Source of the DNA: Gemmobacter sp.
GTDB lineage: Bacteria > Pseudomonadota > Alphaproteobacteria > Rhodobacterales > Rhodobacteraceae
DNA: 64,000 nucleotides
Reading direction: 5' to 3'
NCBI GenBank assembly: GCA_046294265.1
Contig: JBKBKC010000004.1
Location: 166,206 to 230,205, forward strand
The translations under genes were made by a program, and so were the position numbers. The notes beneath the pieces are model-generated. The model was not told where the DNA came from and did no database searches. It saw only the letters and a list, made by a program, of their open reading frames with translations. Positions 8,874-19,288 of this stretch are shown here, one piece after another (position 1 is the stretch's first letter; the number at the start of each line of letters is the position of its first letter).

Positions 8874-10420
8874 GCATCTTTCCTTTCGTTGTCTTTCGCC
8901 ATGGCCGCCCAGAGAGGCGCAAGCTGATGGCGGGCCTGAAGGTAGTGGGCATAGCGCTGCTCCTGCCGTAGGGCGGCGGCGCCATCCGGTTCAAGGGGCA
9001 GACCGAGGGACGGGCTGACCCATGGCGTCAAGGCCGCCTGCATGTCCGGGAATGCCCCCACAGCGACGGCGGCAATCATCGCGGCACCCGCCGCACCCGC
9101 CTCATCGCGCAGGCTGGGTCGAACCGGCACGCCCAAGGCCGCCGCCATGATCCGCCGTAGGGTCACAGACCGGGCTGCTCCGCCGGTCAGGCGCACCTGC
9201 GGGGGCACGCCGCCCATGGCCGCGTAGCAGTCACGCGCGGCCATACCGAGCCCCTCAGCGACACTTCCCACCAGATCGGCAAATCCGTGCTGTTTCGTCA
9301 GCCCGATGAACCCTGCGCGGGCATGCGGGTCCACGAACGGCCCACGCTCGCCGGCGGTCGAGATGTAGGGCTGGTACAGTGGCCCCGGCCGGGCATCGTC
9401 CAGCCAGCCATCCAGCCGCGCGATCAGGTCGGGCACCGGTTGGTCGAGGCCCTGCAGCAGCCCCTCGGCCAGGCCCAGAACCCAGTCGAGGTTCATCGTC
9501 CCGGCCATGTTGGTCTGCATCTGCGCCACCATTCCGGGCACCGGCATGACCATCACATATCCGGTGGGCAGATCGGGCAGGACAACGTCCTCCACCCGCA
9601 TCCCTTTCATGTGGACGCCGGTCGACCCGAGGATGGTGCAGCCAAAGCCTTGTCCGCCATCCAGGACACCAGCCCCCAACCCAGTGCAGGCGGCATCGAG
9701 ATAGCCAAGGGCGACGGGCGTCCCTGCCCGAAGGCCGGTCCGCGCAGCGGCCTCGGCCGTCAGGGGCAGGGTCGAGCACAGGCCGTCAAGGATGGGCGGC
9801 AGCAGACGGCGCAGGGGGCCAAGGCCCAGGGCCTCGATCACTCCGTCGTCATAGGCGCGGGTGCGGAAATCGCCAAAGCTGAAGCAAGCCTCGCAAGGGT
9901 CCGTCGCGCGCGTTCCGGTCATGCGAAAGAACAGCCAGTCCTTGCAATGAAAGGCGGTGGCCGCGCGCGCCAGCATCTCGGGCGCATGGGACTGCATCCA
10001 CAACAGTTGCGGGCCCTGCTGGCAGGCGGTCAGCGCCGTGCCGGTCGCGCGGAAGTGGATCGCCTCTGCCTCGCTGCCCCGCAGGCCCGCGACCAGCCCG
10101 GCCGCCCGGGTATCGAGCCACAGCCACCCCGGCCCCACCGGATCGCCCGCCCCGTCGATCAGCCAGCAGCCGTCGCCCTGGCCGGTCACACCAAGTGCGG
10201 CCACCCGGTCAGCAAAGCCTGGCACCCGCGCGCCCAGATCGCGCAGCACCTCGGCGCAATCGTCCCAGGTGCGCGGCATGTCCTGCGTTGCGGCCCCGCC
10301 CGGCCCCGCGTCGTGCCGGTTGCGCCTTTGCGCGACCGCCACCGGTTGCCCTGCCAGATCAAAGGCCACGGCCTTCAGCGTCGAGGTTCCGGCGTCCAGC
10401 CCGACAAAGAGGTTACCCAT
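8870..10420 (-). CDS. FGGY-family carbohydrate kinase
   Basis: The internal ATG at 10420 gives MGNLFVGLDAGTSTLKAVAFD.. (FGGY N-motif). The C-terminal part has ..RLTGGAARS... The longer ORF-track start at 10525 is rejected. Confidence 0.85.
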   Translation of the reverse strand: MGNLFVGLDAGTSTLKAVAFDLAGQPVAVAQRRNRHDAGPGGAATQDMPRTWDDCAEVLRDLGARVPGFADRVAALGVTGQGDGCWLIDGAGDPVGPGWLWLDTRAAGLVAGLRGSEAEAIHFRATGTALTACQQGPQLLWMQSHAPEMLARAATAFHCKDWLFFRMTGTRATDPCEACFSFGDFRTRAYDDGVIEALGLGPLRRLLPPILDGLCSTLPLTAEAAARTGLRAGTPVALGYLDAACTGLGAGVLDGGQGFGCTILGSTGVHMKGMRVEDVVLPDLPTGYVMVMPVPGMVAQMQTNMAGTMNLDWVLGLAEGLLQGLDQPVPDLIARLDGWLDDARPGPLYQPYISTAGERGPFVDPHARAGFIGLTKQHGFADLVGSVAEGLGMAARDCYAAMGGVPPQVRLTGGAARSVTLRRIMAAALGVPVRPSLRDEAGAAGAAMIAAVAVGAFPDMQAALTPWVSPSLGLPLEPDGAAALRQEQRYAHYLQARHQLAPLWAAMAKDNERKDA

Positions 10421-10493
10421 GCGACCCCCCTTGTTGCCGGGGACGACATTTGCCAACATCGGGAACAATTGACAAAATGGTGTGGGTGCTCGG

Positions 10494-11474
10494 ATGGCAG
10501 GTCCTCGCAACGCCGGACGGGGCAACCGCGAGGATGCGGTGGTCGAAGCCGCGTGGCTGTATTATTTCGACGGCCTCAACCAGAACGACATCGCATCCCG
10601 GCTTGGCATCTCGCGCGCCAGCGTCGTCACCTATCTGCAAGAGGCGCGGGCCTCGGGCCTTGTGCGCATCTCGCTGGCCGAGGAACCCTTTACCCGTCAC
10701 CGCCTTGCCCGCGATCTGTGCGACCGCTTCGGCCTGACGGCAGCCTATGTCGCCCCTGCTGGCGCTGATCCCCACGCCACGCTGCACCGTGTGGCGCGGG
10801 CTGCCGCCGACTGGTTGCCCACCCTTCTGGATCCGGGTGACCGGTTGGGCATCGCCTGGGGCCAGACCGTGTTCGAGACGGTCGAGGCCATGGGCCAGAC
10901 CCGCATCGACGGCGTCAAGGTGGTGCAGCTTGTCGGGTCGGTGCCCAGCCCGTTCGGGTTCACCGCCGAAGCCTGTTCCACGAACCTTGCGCGCAAGCTG
11001 TCGGCGGAATGTATCAACCTTTTCGCGCCGGTCATCCTGTCCAGCGCCGAAACCACCCGCATCCTGATGGCCGAGCCGATCATCGCGGCCCAGCTTGCCA
11101 CGCTGAACACCTGCACCAAGGCAATCTTCGCCGCCGGATCCTGCCTGCCCGACAGCCATGTGGTGGGGGCGGGTGTGGCCAACCTGTCGGAGCTTGCGGT
11201 GTACAAGGCGGCGGGGGCCACCGGCGTGCTGTGCGGGCGGTTCATCGACGCACAGGGCGCGCCGCTGCCCGGTCCGCTCGATGGGCGGATGATCGGGGTG
11301 TCGCTGGACCGGTTGCGCGGGCTGAAAATGGGGCTTCTGGTGTCCTGTGGCGCCGACAAGGTGGCGCCGATGCACGCGGTGCTGACAGGCGGCTATGCCA
11401 CCCATCTGGTCACCGATGCGGGCACGGCGGCGGCGCTGCTGGAACCCGGCGGCACGGGTCATCCTGCGGCGTGA
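10494..11474 (+). CDS. SorC-family sugar-binding transcriptional regulator
   Basis: HTH ..[21 protein letters not shown].. followed by a SorC effector domain. An alternative GTG start exists at 10482. It is divergent from the FGGY kinase. Confidence 0.85.
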   Translation: MAGPRNAGRGNREDAVVEAAWLYYFDGLNQNDIASRLGISRASVVTYLQEARASGLVRISLAEEPFTRHRLARDLCDRFGLTAAYVAPAGADPHATLHRVARAAADWLPTLLDPGDRLGIAWGQTVFETVEAMGQTRIDGVKVVQLVGSVPSPFGFTAEACSTNLARKLSAECINLFAPVILSSAETTRILMAEPIIAAQLATLNTCTKAIFAAGSCLPDSHVVGAGVANLSELAVYKAAGATGVLCGRFIDAQGAPLPGPLDGRMIGVSLDRLRGLKMGLLVSCGADKVAPMHAVLTGGYATHLVTDAGTAAALLEPGGTGHPAA

Positions 11475-12550
11475 TCGGGGAACATCGCCGCCAACCCTTC
11501 GGCCGTTGCCGGGGCCACCCCGCGTTCGGTGATCAGGCCGGTGACCAGCCGCGCCGGGGTCACGTCGAAGGCGGGGTTGGCGCCGGGTGTCGCATCGGGG
11601 CTGATCCGCACCTTCCCCACCCGCCCCTGCGCATCGCGGCCCTGCACGAAGGACACCTCGTCGCCCGAGCGTTCCTCGATCGGTATCTCGCGCACCCCGT
11701 CCTGCACCCGCCAGTCAATGGTGGGCGAGGGCAGCGCCACATAGAAGGGCACGCCGTTGTCATGTGCCGCCAGCGCCTTCAGGTAGGTGCCGATCTTGTT
11801 GCAAACGTCGCCGCGCGCGGTGGTGCGGTCGGTGCCCACGATCACAATGTCGACCTGCCCGTGCTGCATCAGGTGCCCGCCCGCATTGTCCACGATCAGG
11901 TGGTGCGGGATGCCGTGGCCCGCCATCTCCCAGGCCGTCAGATGCGCGCCCTGGTTGCGCGGGCGTGTTTCATCGACCCAGACATGCACCGCAATCCCCC
12001 GTTCCACCGCGTGATAGATGGGCGAGGTGGCGGTGCCCCAATCCACCGTTGCCAGCCAGCCCGCGTTGCAATGGGTCAGGATGTTGACCGGGCCGGATTT
12101 GCGGGCGGCGATCGCCTCGATCAGCGCGACCCCATGTTCGCCGATGCGGCGGTTGATCTCGGCATCCTCGTCGCAGATGGCGGCGGCGCGGGCGCAGGCG
12201 GCGTGGTGGCGCGAGGACGGGGCGAGCGGGGCGAGCCGCGCGCGCATGTCCTCGAGCGCCCAGCGCAGGTTCACCGCCGTGGGGCGGGTCGCCGTCAGGT
12301 GGGCAAAGGCCCGGTCGAGCCCCGCATCGGACGCATCCTCGGACATCGCGATCGCCATGCCCCAGGCCGCCGTCGCCCCGATCAGCGGCGCACCGCGCAC
12401 CCACATGTCGCGGATCGCCACCGCCGCCTGCTCCGTCGAGGTCAGATCGACCACCACGAATTCATGCGGCAGGCGCGTCTGGTCGATGATCTGCACCCGG
12501 CCCTCGGGCGTGGTCCAGATCGACCGGTAGGGAACCCCGTTGACCTTCAT
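11459..12550 (-). CDS. mtnA: S-methyl-5-thioribose-1-phosphate isomerase family (MtnA / eIF-2B-like)
   Basis: Motifs ..[13 protein letters not shown].., ..THCNAG.. and ..[19 protein letters not shown]... ATGA overlap with mtnK. Confidence 0.85.
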   Translation of the reverse strand: MKVNGVPYRSIWTTPEGRVQIIDQTRLPHEFVVVDLTSTEQAAVAIRDMWVRGAPLIGATAAWGMAIAMSEDASDAGLDRAFAHLTATRPTAVNLRWALEDMRARLAPLAPSSRHHAACARAAAICDEDAEINRRIGEHGVALIEAIAARKSGPVNILTHCNAGWLATVDWGTATSPIYHAVERGIAVHVWVDETRPRNQGAHLTAWEMAGHGIPHHLIVDNAGGHLMQHGQVDIVIVGTDRTTARGDVCNKIGTYLKALAAHDNGVPFYVALPSPTIDWRVQDGVREIPIEERSGDEVSFVQGRDAQGRVGKVRISPDATPGANPAFDVTPARLVTGLITERGVAPATAEGLAAMFPDHAAG

Positions 12551-13806
12551 GCCAGATCCTCCGCCTCGATACGTTCGGCACAGGCGATCAGCCCGTCCAT
12601 GGTGATGATTGCGCGGTTGACCGCCACATGCCGCCCCAGCGCCAGCGCGCGGCGTTCGGCCACCAGCCGGCGCGCGTCGTCCTTGATGCTTTCCAGATCC
12701 TCGACATGGGCAAGGCCCAGGATGCGGCGGTGCATTTCCACCCCGCAGAACCCCATCGCATCGGCCCAGATGCCCGCCAGCACGCCCTGCAACGCCTGTT
12801 CGGCGGCCAGCACGTCGCCCTGATCTTCGTAAAGGCTGCGTTGATAGAGGATGCCGCTGCGTTCGGTCCGCCAGAGGCGGGTGAATTCGGCGGCGAAGGT
12901 GCTCCAGGTGTCGTGCGTGACCTCCAGCAGCCAGCGGCGATAGGCGGCGCGGTCGCCGGGGGTGGCTTCGTGCCCCGATTGCGCGAAATAGCCCAGCAGG
13001 AAGTTCGCCAGCAGCATCCCGATGTCAAAGCCGAACGGGCCGTAGATTGCGAATTCGGGGTCGATCACCTGCGTATCCTCGGGCGTGACCATGATCGAGC
13101 CGGAATGCAGGTCGCCATGCACCAGCGTCTCTCCCTTGCTGACAAAGCTGTGCTTCATCGCCTGTGCGGCCACCTTCATGTCACGGTCGGCGCGCAGTTT
13201 CCCGATCCAAGGGGCCAGCCCCGGGGTGTGGCGGTTCATCGGCGCGGCGAAATAGGGGTCGGAGAACACGAGGTTTTCCGTGATGTCCGCCAGCGCCACG
13301 TTGTCCGCGAACAGCGCCAGATCGGCCTTGGCCTCGGCCGCCGCCATCGACAGGTTCGACCCGCGAAAGAGCGTGCGCGCGAGGAACAGGCCCATGTCGC
13401 GGGCAAGGTTGGGGTGCTGCACCCCGGCGACGATGCTCTTGCGCAGGATCACATGGGGGCTGAGGTAGCGCATGACCACCAGCGCCTGCGCCTCGTCGAA
13501 ATGATACACTTCGGGCACCCGGCCGGGGTCGCGCGCGGCGTGGCGCACAAGCGCGTTGTATTCAAAGAACGACCGCTTCAGCGGCAGGGGCCAGCTGTCG
13601 CCCACCAGCCGGACGTAAGGCAGCGCCTGTTTCACCACCAAGGCTCCCGCCGGGCTTTCGACGATGAACACCAGGTTCAGGTTGCCGTCGCCCACCTCGC
13701 GCACCCGCCAGCTTGCGGTGTCGGGGCCCAGCCGGTCGGTGACAGCGGGCACACCGGCCAGACGGGCGCGCAGGGTGTCGGTGGTGAAGGGGGAATAGGC
13801 GGTCAT
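12547..13806 (-). CDS. mtnK: S-methyl-5-thioribose kinase family (MtnK)
   Basis: Motifs ..[13 protein letters not shown].. and ..[18 protein letters not shown].. (APH-type kinase in the MtnK pattern). 419 aa. Confidence 0.85.
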   Translation of the reverse strand: MTAYSPFTTDTLRARLAGVPAVTDRLGPDTASWRVREVGDGNLNLVFIVESPAGALVVKQALPYVRLVGDSWPLPLKRSFFEYNALVRHAARDPGRVPEVYHFDEAQALVVMRYLSPHVILRKSIVAGVQHPNLARDMGLFLARTLFRGSNLSMAAAEAKADLALFADNVALADITENLVFSDPYFAAPMNRHTPGLAPWIGKLRADRDMKVAAQAMKHSFVSKGETLVHGDLHSGSIMVTPEDTQVIDPEFAIYGPFGFDIGMLLANFLLGYFAQSGHEATPGDRAAYRRWLLEVTHDTWSTFAAEFTRLWRTERSGILYQRSLYEDQGDVLAAEQALQGVLAGIWADAMGFCGVEMHRRILGLAHVEDLESIKDDARRLVAERRALALGRHVAVNRAIITMDGLIACAERIEAEDLA

Positions 13807-14432
13807 CTGGCACCCTCCTGCCTGATCGTGATGTCGGCAGGGCGCGAGGTGGTGGCGACCAGCCGTGCATTGGGAATGTCATTGCCAAGCGCACGGGCGC
13901 GCGCCGCCGGCGCGTCATGGCCATAGTGCAGCCAGCGGTCGATCAGGCGGCGTTCCAGTTCCGCCTCGGGCACCTCAAGGAACACCGTCAAGTCGAACAG
14001 CGGCGCAAGATCGCGCCAGGGATCCTGGTCGAGCAGCAGGTAATTGCCCTCGATCAGGATCACCGGCACCTCCGGCCCCACTTCGCGCGCGCCAGCGCGG
14101 GCAAGGTCGAGATCGCGGTCGAACACCGGCAGGATCACCGGACGGTTGGCGGCGCGCACCCGCGCCAGATCGCACGCCAGCCCGTCCACGTCGAAGGTAG
14201 GGGGCGAGCCCTTGCGCGCGCGCAGGCCGCGCGCATCGAGGATCGCGTTGTCCAGATGATAGCCGTCCATCGGCATCACCGCCGCCACGCCCGCGTGCCG
14301 GGTGTTCAACGCAGCGCAAAGCGCCTCGGCCAGCGTCGATTTGCCCGATCCGGGTGCGCCGGCGATGGCGACGATCATGCGGTCCTTGCCCAGACGCGCA
14401 AGGATGGTCTCGGCCAGCCCTTCGGTTTCCAT
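13803..14432 (-). CDS. P-loop kinase of the phosphoribulokinase/uridine kinase family (FrcK-like)
   Basis: Walker A AIAGAPGSGKSTL, 209 aa. It resembles the FrcK kinase encoded beside frcBCA in rhizobia. 4-nt overlap with mtnK. Confidence 0.75.
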   Translation of the reverse strand: METEGLAETILARLGKDRMIVAIAGAPGSGKSTLAEALCAALNTRHAGVAAVMPMDGYHLDNAILDARGLRARKGSPPTFDVDGLACDLARVRAANRPVILPVFDRDLDLARAGAREVGPEVPVILIEGNYLLLDQDPWRDLAPLFDLTVFLEVPEAELERRLIDRWLHYGHDAPAARARALGNDIPNARLVATTSRPADITIRQEGAR

Positions 14433-15280
14433 CAGATCAGCCTGTATTGCCGCGCCTTGCCGCGCAAGAAGGGCAGGCCGTTGTCCATGACCTCCTCGAA
14501 ATCCTTCGCCACGGGGCGCCAGACGGCCAGGCCAAAGGCCACCTCGGGCGGCATGTTGATGAAGCTCTCCATCGCCAATCCCCCCTTGAAGCCGATGGCG
14601 GCGAGGGTGGCGTAGATCTCGTCCCAGTCGCAGGTGCCCCAGCCTGGCGTGCCACGGTCGGATTCCGACAGATGGATGTATTTCAGATGGTCGCGCGCAT
14701 CCAGGATGCCGTTGCCCGCGCCCTTTTCCTCGATGTTCATGTGGTAGGTATCAAGGTGGATGAACATGTTGTCCGCCCCCACCCGCTCGATCATCGCGCG
14801 CGCCTGGGCACCGGTGTTCAGGAGGTGGTTCTCATAGCGGTTCACGGGTTCGATCCCGAACAGGAGGCCGAGCGATCTGGCGTGTTTCGCCGCCGCCTCC
14901 AGCGTGCGGGCGATGTTGTCGTATTCGGCCTGCGTGGGGTAAACCCCGGTGCGCTGCCCGATCCCGCCATAGGTGACACCCGACAGCGCCTCGCACCCCA
15001 TCTCGGCGGTCTTGTCGAGGGCGAACTTCAGATGCTCGATGGCGGCATCGGGATGGACCGAGGGCCATTTGCCCTCTGGCAGGCCCAGCGAGCAGACGCC
15101 GCGCAGGTTGTTCGCCTCCAGAAGCGCGCGGGTGTGGGGGGCATCGACACCGGCGGGGTTCAGCAGCGCGATCTCGATGAAGTCCATCTTGTAATGGGCG
15201 GCCCCGGCGACGGCCCGTTCGGCCCCTTCGCGGTTCCAGGTCATGGTCCACATGCTGGTGTGAACGCCAAAGCCTTGCAT
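14432..15280 (-). CDS. ketose 3-epimerase-like TIM-barrel enzyme (D-tagatose/D-psicose 3-epimerase family)
   Basis: Motifs ..EPVNRYENHLLNT.., ..HLDTYHMNIEE.. and ..IHLSESDRGTPGWG..DW.. parallel DTE/DPE motifs. The ATG at 15280 has AAGGAAAG upstream. Confidence 0.8.
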   Translation of the reverse strand: MQGFGVHTSMWTMTWNREGAERAVAGAAHYKMDFIEIALLNPAGVDAPHTRALLEANNLRGVCSLGLPEGKWPSVHPDAAIEHLKFALDKTAEMGCEALSGVTYGGIGQRTGVYPTQAEYDNIARTLEAAAKHARSLGLLFGIEPVNRYENHLLNTGAQARAMIERVGADNMFIHLDTYHMNIEEKGAGNGILDARDHLKYIHLSESDRGTPGWGTCDWDEIYATLAAIGFKGGLAMESFINMPPEVAFGLAVWRPVAKDFEEVMDNGLPFLRGKARQYRLI

Positions 15281-15318
15281 GGTCTTTCCTTTCCGGGGGT
15301 GGTGCGGGGTGGCGGGCG

Positions 15319-15341
15319 CCGGGGGGCTGACTGCCCCCCGG
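15319..15341 (-). promoter_or_regulatory. intercistronic perfect 9-bp GC stem-loop between dhaL and the epimerase gene
   Basis: CCGGGGGGC-5 nt-GCCCCCCGG. Confidence 0.5.
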
Positions 15342-15373
15342 ACCCCCCGTGGGTATTTTTGCAAAGAAGAGGA

Positions 15374-15979
15374 TCAGGGCGGTGCAAGGCCTTGGAGCAT
15401 GTGGTGAAAGGCGCGCATTCCCGGATCGTCGAGGCCCATGGATTTGTCGCCGAAGATGCGGGCGCGCCCGATCCGGGCGGGGTGGTCGCGCATCCGGTCC
15501 ATGGTGGCGGTGACGGCGGCCTGTGCGGCGGCGAGGATTTGGGCGGGGTCTGTCAGACCCTCGGTCGCGGTGGCGGCGGCGTGCAGCGTGTCGAGCACGG
15601 TTTTGTCGCCAAGCTCGGCCTTGCCGCGGCTGCGCATCATCTCGAATGCGGCCGTCAGGAGGGCGGGGAGTTCGGACCAGTGCGCCGCCTCGCGGCCCTT
15701 GAGCGCCTTGGCGGCGGCCATCAGCCCCGTCGCGGTCAGCGTACCGAAGCTGGAGCCGGAGGTGCGCGTGAAGGCCTGCGCCACCTGCATCAGCGCCTGG
15801 CCCAGGTCGGCGGGCAGGTCGGGCAAGAGGTCGCGCACCGCGCGGCCGCCGCGCACCATCGTGACGCCCAGATCGCCATCGCCCAACTGGCCGTCCAGCG
15901 CGTTCAATTCATCCGCAGCGCCGTCCATGTGGTCGGCGATGCGGGCGAGGCCGAGGGCCAGCGTGTCGCGGGTCAGCAT
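15374..15979 (-). CDS. dhaL: dihydroxyacetone kinase subunit DhaL (nucleotide-binding)
   Basis: ..LNALDGQLGDGDLGVTM.. is the DhaL/Dak2 motif. Confidence 0.85.
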   Translation of the reverse strand: MLTRDTLALGLARIADHMDGAADELNALDGQLGDGDLGVTMVRGGRAVRDLLPDLPADLGQALMQVAQAFTRTSGSSFGTLTATGLMAAAKALKGREAAHWSELPALLTAAFEMMRSRGKAELGDKTVLDTLHAAATATEGLTDPAQILAAAQAAVTATMDRMRDHPARIGRARIFGDKSMGLDDPGMRAFHHMLQGLAPP

Positions 15980-15980
15980 G

Positions 15981-16973
15981 TCAGACCCTCCAGAAGGCGC
16001 AGTCGCAGGGGGCCTTTAGCCAGCGTTCGAGATCGTCGTTGAGGTGGCAGAGCGTGATGGAGGCGCCGGCCATTTCCATCGAGGTGGCGTAGCGGCCGAC
16101 CAGCGGCATGACGATGGTGGCCCCTGCGCCTTCGAGCCGGGCCTTGACGATGCGGTAGAGGATGTAAAGTTCTTCGGGTGGCGTGGCGCCGAGGCTGTTG
16201 ACCATGACAGAGACGCGCCCCGATGCCGGGCGGTCGGCCAGCAGGATATCCATCATCTCCTCGGCAATCGCATCGGCGGGGCGCAGGGGGCCGCGCCAGA
16301 CGCCGGGTTCGCCGTGGATGCCCATGCCCATTTCCATGTCGCCCGCGTCGATCTGGAAGGTGGGGCGGCCGGCCTGCGGCACGGTGCAGGACGACAGCGC
16401 GAAGCCGACCGAGCGGCAGGCCTCGGCGGCGCGCTGCGCGGCATCGGTGACACCGGCAAGGTCGAGGCCCGCCTCGGCAGCAGCCCCGGCGATCTTGAAG
16501 GCATAGACCATGCCCGCCACGCCGCGGCGTTTCTGCGCCTCTTGCGGTTTGGCAGAGGCCACGTCATCGGCGATCACGACGGTGGTGGTGGTGATATCCT
16601 CCATCTCGACCATGTCGCCCGCCATGTCGAAATTCATGATGTCGCCGCCGTAATTGCCGTAAAGCCGCAGCACCCCGGCGCCGCCGTTGGCCGCGCGGAT
16701 CGCATCGGCCATCTGATCGACCGACGGCGAGGCGAACACGTCGCCGATGGCGCAGGCATCGAGCAGACCCGTGCCGACATAGCCGGTGAACACCGGCAGG
16801 TGGCCCGACCCGCCGCCCGACACGATGCCCACCTTGCCGGGGCGGATCGGGGCGGCGCGTGCGATCACCCGGCCCTGGTCGCCGGTCTGGCGGTAGTATT
16901 CGGGATGTGCGGCGCAAAGGCCCGCAAGCATTTCATCGACATAGGCGAAGGGGTCGTTGAGGACCTTTTTCAT
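15981..16973 (-). CDS. dhaK: dihydroxyacetone kinase subunit DhaK (substrate-binding)
   Basis: Motifs ..GKVGIVSGGGSGHLP.. and ..GMGIHGEPG.. are Dak1 motifs. Confidence 0.9.
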   Translation of the reverse strand: MKKVLNDPFAYVDEMLAGLCAAHPEYYRQTGDQGRVIARAAPIRPGKVGIVSGGGSGHLPVFTGYVGTGLLDACAIGDVFASPSVDQMADAIRAANGGAGVLRLYGNYGGDIMNFDMAGDMVEMEDITTTTVVIADDVASAKPQEAQKRRGVAGMVYAFKIAGAAAEAGLDLAGVTDAAQRAAEACRSVGFALSSCTVPQAGRPTFQIDAGDMEMGMGIHGEPGVWRGPLRPADAIAEEMMDILLADRPASGRVSVMVNSLGATPPEELYILYRIVKARLEGAGATIVMPLVGRYATSMEMAGASITLCHLNDDLERWLKAPCDCAFWRV

Positions 16974-16996
16974 CGGAATCTCCCGGCGGCAGAGAT

Positions 16997-17019
16997 GGGC
17001 GCCCCGCGATGGGGCGCCC
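16997..17019 (-). promoter_or_regulatory. GC stem-loop immediately after the SBP gene (intra-operon mRNA stabiliser/attenuator candidate)
   Basis: GGGCGCCCC-GCGAT-GGGGCGCCC, a perfect 9-bp stem, 8 nt from the stop at 17027. Confidence 0.5.
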
Positions 17020-17026
17020 GTTTGGC

Positions 17027-18172
17027 TTAGCGCTCGAGCTTGGCGCGGCCGGTGTAGCGGAAGGCCTCGTTGGCCTTGGCCTCGACCTCTTCGGGGCTGG
17101 ACTTGCCCGAGACGATGTCGATGCGGCCCAGGAACACCAGCGGGATGTCCGCCTTGCGCCCTTCGATATCGGCGCGGATCGCCTCGGCCATCGCCACGCC
17201 CACGTCATCGGACATGCGCATGGGGGTGGCCAGCAGCTCACCGTTCTTCAGCGCGTCGATCTCGTCGCCCGTGCCGCCCCAGGCGGTGACGCCGACCTTG
17301 TCGCCAAGACCCGCCGCCTGCACGGCGGAAATCGCGCCCATGGCCATGGCGGTGTTGGCGTTGTGGATCAGCGTGACCTCGGGATAGGCCGAGGTGATGA
17401 GCTGCGCGCCGTTGAAGCCGCCTTCGCGCTGGAATTCGCCATAATGCTCATAGGCGAGTTTCCAGTTCGACTTTTCCGCAAGGCAATCGCGGAACCCACC
17501 CGACCGCTGATCGTCGATGCCGCCGACGATGCCGCGGATCATCGCATAGGTGCCTTCGGTGCCAAGGTTCTCGACCACCCAGTTGCAGATGTTCAGCGCG
17601 CCGAAGAGGTGGCTGAAGGTGGTGTACATCATCGGCTGGTTGTCGCCCCATTCCTGGATGGGGGTGTCATAGTTCAGCACGATGACCTTTTTCCCCGCAT
17701 CCATCAGGTGCTTGATGTCATCCTGCTGGGCCTGAAGCTCGGAGGGGCCGAATATGACATACTCGAAATCCTCGCGCGCGACCTGTTCGGCATAGGTCGA
17801 TTGCAGCAGGAAATCGCCCATGTTCGAGGCATACTGGACCGCCTCGAACGGCATCCCCATTTCCTTGAACCGCGCCTCCATCGCCAGATAGCTGCGCAGC
17901 CAGAAATCGGACACGTCCTGGCTGGGATAGATCACCGCGATCTTGACGGGCTTTGCGGGCGGGCTGGCCAGCGGCGTGGCCGGGGCCCCCACAATGGCCT
18001 GCATGTTGGCCAGAACCTCATCGGTCTGGACCTGATGATACCACCAGAAATAGCGGTCGCCATCATCGGGCAAGGGTTTAAGGGGCAGGGTCTGAGCCGC
18101 CAGCGACCCCGCCAGCATCAGGCCGAGCGCCAGTGACGACGCACCTGCGGCCAGTTTCTGCAACTTACTCAT
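17027..18172 (-). CDS. periplasmic sugar-binding protein of an ABC importer (Peripla_BP_4 / TorT-LsrB-like)
   Basis: Has a signal peptide (MSKLQKLAAGASSLALGLMLAGSLAAQ) and motifs ..KIAVIYPSQDVSDFW.. and ..GIDDQRSGGF... Confidence 0.8.
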   Translation of the reverse strand: MSKLQKLAAGASSLALGLMLAGSLAAQTLPLKPLPDDGDRYFWWYHQVQTDEVLANMQAIVGAPATPLASPPAKPVKIAVIYPSQDVSDFWLRSYLAMEARFKEMGMPFEAVQYASNMGDFLLQSTYAEQVAREDFEYVIFGPSELQAQQDDIKHLMDAGKKVIVLNYDTPIQEWGDNQPMMYTTFSHLFGALNICNWVVENLGTEGTYAMIRGIVGGIDDQRSGGFRDCLAEKSNWKLAYEHYGEFQREGGFNGAQLITSAYPEVTLIHNANTAMAMGAISAVQAAGLGDKVGVTAWGGTGDEIDALKNGELLATPMRMSDDVGVAMAEAIRADIEGRKADIPLVFLGRIDIVSGKSSPEEVEAKANEAFRYTGRAKLER

Positions 18173-18253
18173 GGTCTTGGTTCCTCCCGTGTTGATTGGT
18201 ATGCCGGTCCTGTTCGGGTCGGCGGGGCGGGCAAGGCTCCTCCCTTTCCCGCG

Positions 18254-19273
18254 TCAGTCATCCCCCTTGGCGTCGGAATTGCCCCGGCGCTGCAGGTAGG
18301 AATAAAAACCGATCGAAGCGATGATGATGATGCCGCTGGCGACAAGCTGCCAGAAGAACTGGAATCGCAGCATCACCAGCGCGTTTGTCACCATCGCCAG
18401 CAGCAGCACCCCGACGAGCGTGCCGAACATCGATCCGCGCCCGCCGAACAGGGCGGTTCCGCCCACCACGACGGCGGCAATGGTGTGCAGCGCAAAGCCC
18501 ATGCCCGCCGTCGCCTGGATCGCGTTCAGCCGACCCGTCAGCAGGATGCCCGCGATGGCCGCACAGGTGCCCATCAGCATGTAATGGAACACCTTCTGCC
18601 GCCGGATGTTGATGCCGGTCAACACGGCCGCCTCGCGGTTGCCGCCGATGGCGATGGCATAGCGGCCCAGCCAGGTATAGCGGTAAAGCACGAAGCCGAT
18701 GCCGAGGAAGATCAGCCCCACGATAGCCGCTGTCGGGATCAGGTCGAAGGCCCGGCCGCGCCCCAGGAACGGGATCGGTTCGGGAAACCGCGCCAGCACC
18801 GCGCCTGCCGCCAGCACGAGGCCGATGCCGCGATAGATCTGGTCCATCGCCAGCGTGGCCAGCAGGTCGGGCACGTTCAGCCGGGTGATCACCAGGCCAT
18901 TGACCGTGCCGCAGGTGATGCCGACCATGACGGCCGCCATCATGGCAGGATAGACGCCCCAGCCCTGATCCTTGATGAGCATCGCCATGATGACGGCGGA
19001 CAGCGCGGCCACCGCGCCGATGGACAGGTCGATCCCCTTGCCGGTGATGACGATGGTCATGGCCATCCCCAGCACCATGAAGATCGCCGCATCCTGAAGG
19101 ATGATCATCACGTTCTGGAATTCGAAGAACCGCCGCTCGAACACCGCCATGGCGACGACCAGTGCGATAATCATCACCAGGGGGCCGACGATGTTGATGT
19201 AGCGCTCATACCAGGGCAGCGCGACCTTGCGGCCTGCGTTCTTGTCGGCGGGAAGGGTGGTTGTCATGGTCAT
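18254..19273 (-). CDS. ABC sugar permease (ribose/fructose type, BPD_transp_2)
   Basis: 339 aa, polytopic, with ..GGNREAAVLTGINIRR... Confidence 0.85.
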   Translation of the reverse strand: MTMTTTLPADKNAGRKVALPWYERYINIVGPLVMIIALVVAMAVFERRFFEFQNVMIILQDAAIFMVLGMAMTIVITGKGIDLSIGAVAALSAVIMAMLIKDQGWGVYPAMMAAVMVGITCGTVNGLVITRLNVPDLLATLAMDQIYRGIGLVLAAGAVLARFPEPIPFLGRGRAFDLIPTAAIVGLIFLGIGFVLYRYTWLGRYAIAIGGNREAAVLTGINIRRQKVFHYMLMGTCAAIAGILLTGRLNAIQATAGMGFALHTIAAVVVGGTALFGGRGSMFGTLVGVLLLAMVTNALVMLRFQFFWQLVASGIIIIASIGFYSYLQRRGNSDAKGDD

Positions 19274-19288
19274 TCGCGGTCTCCGCCG

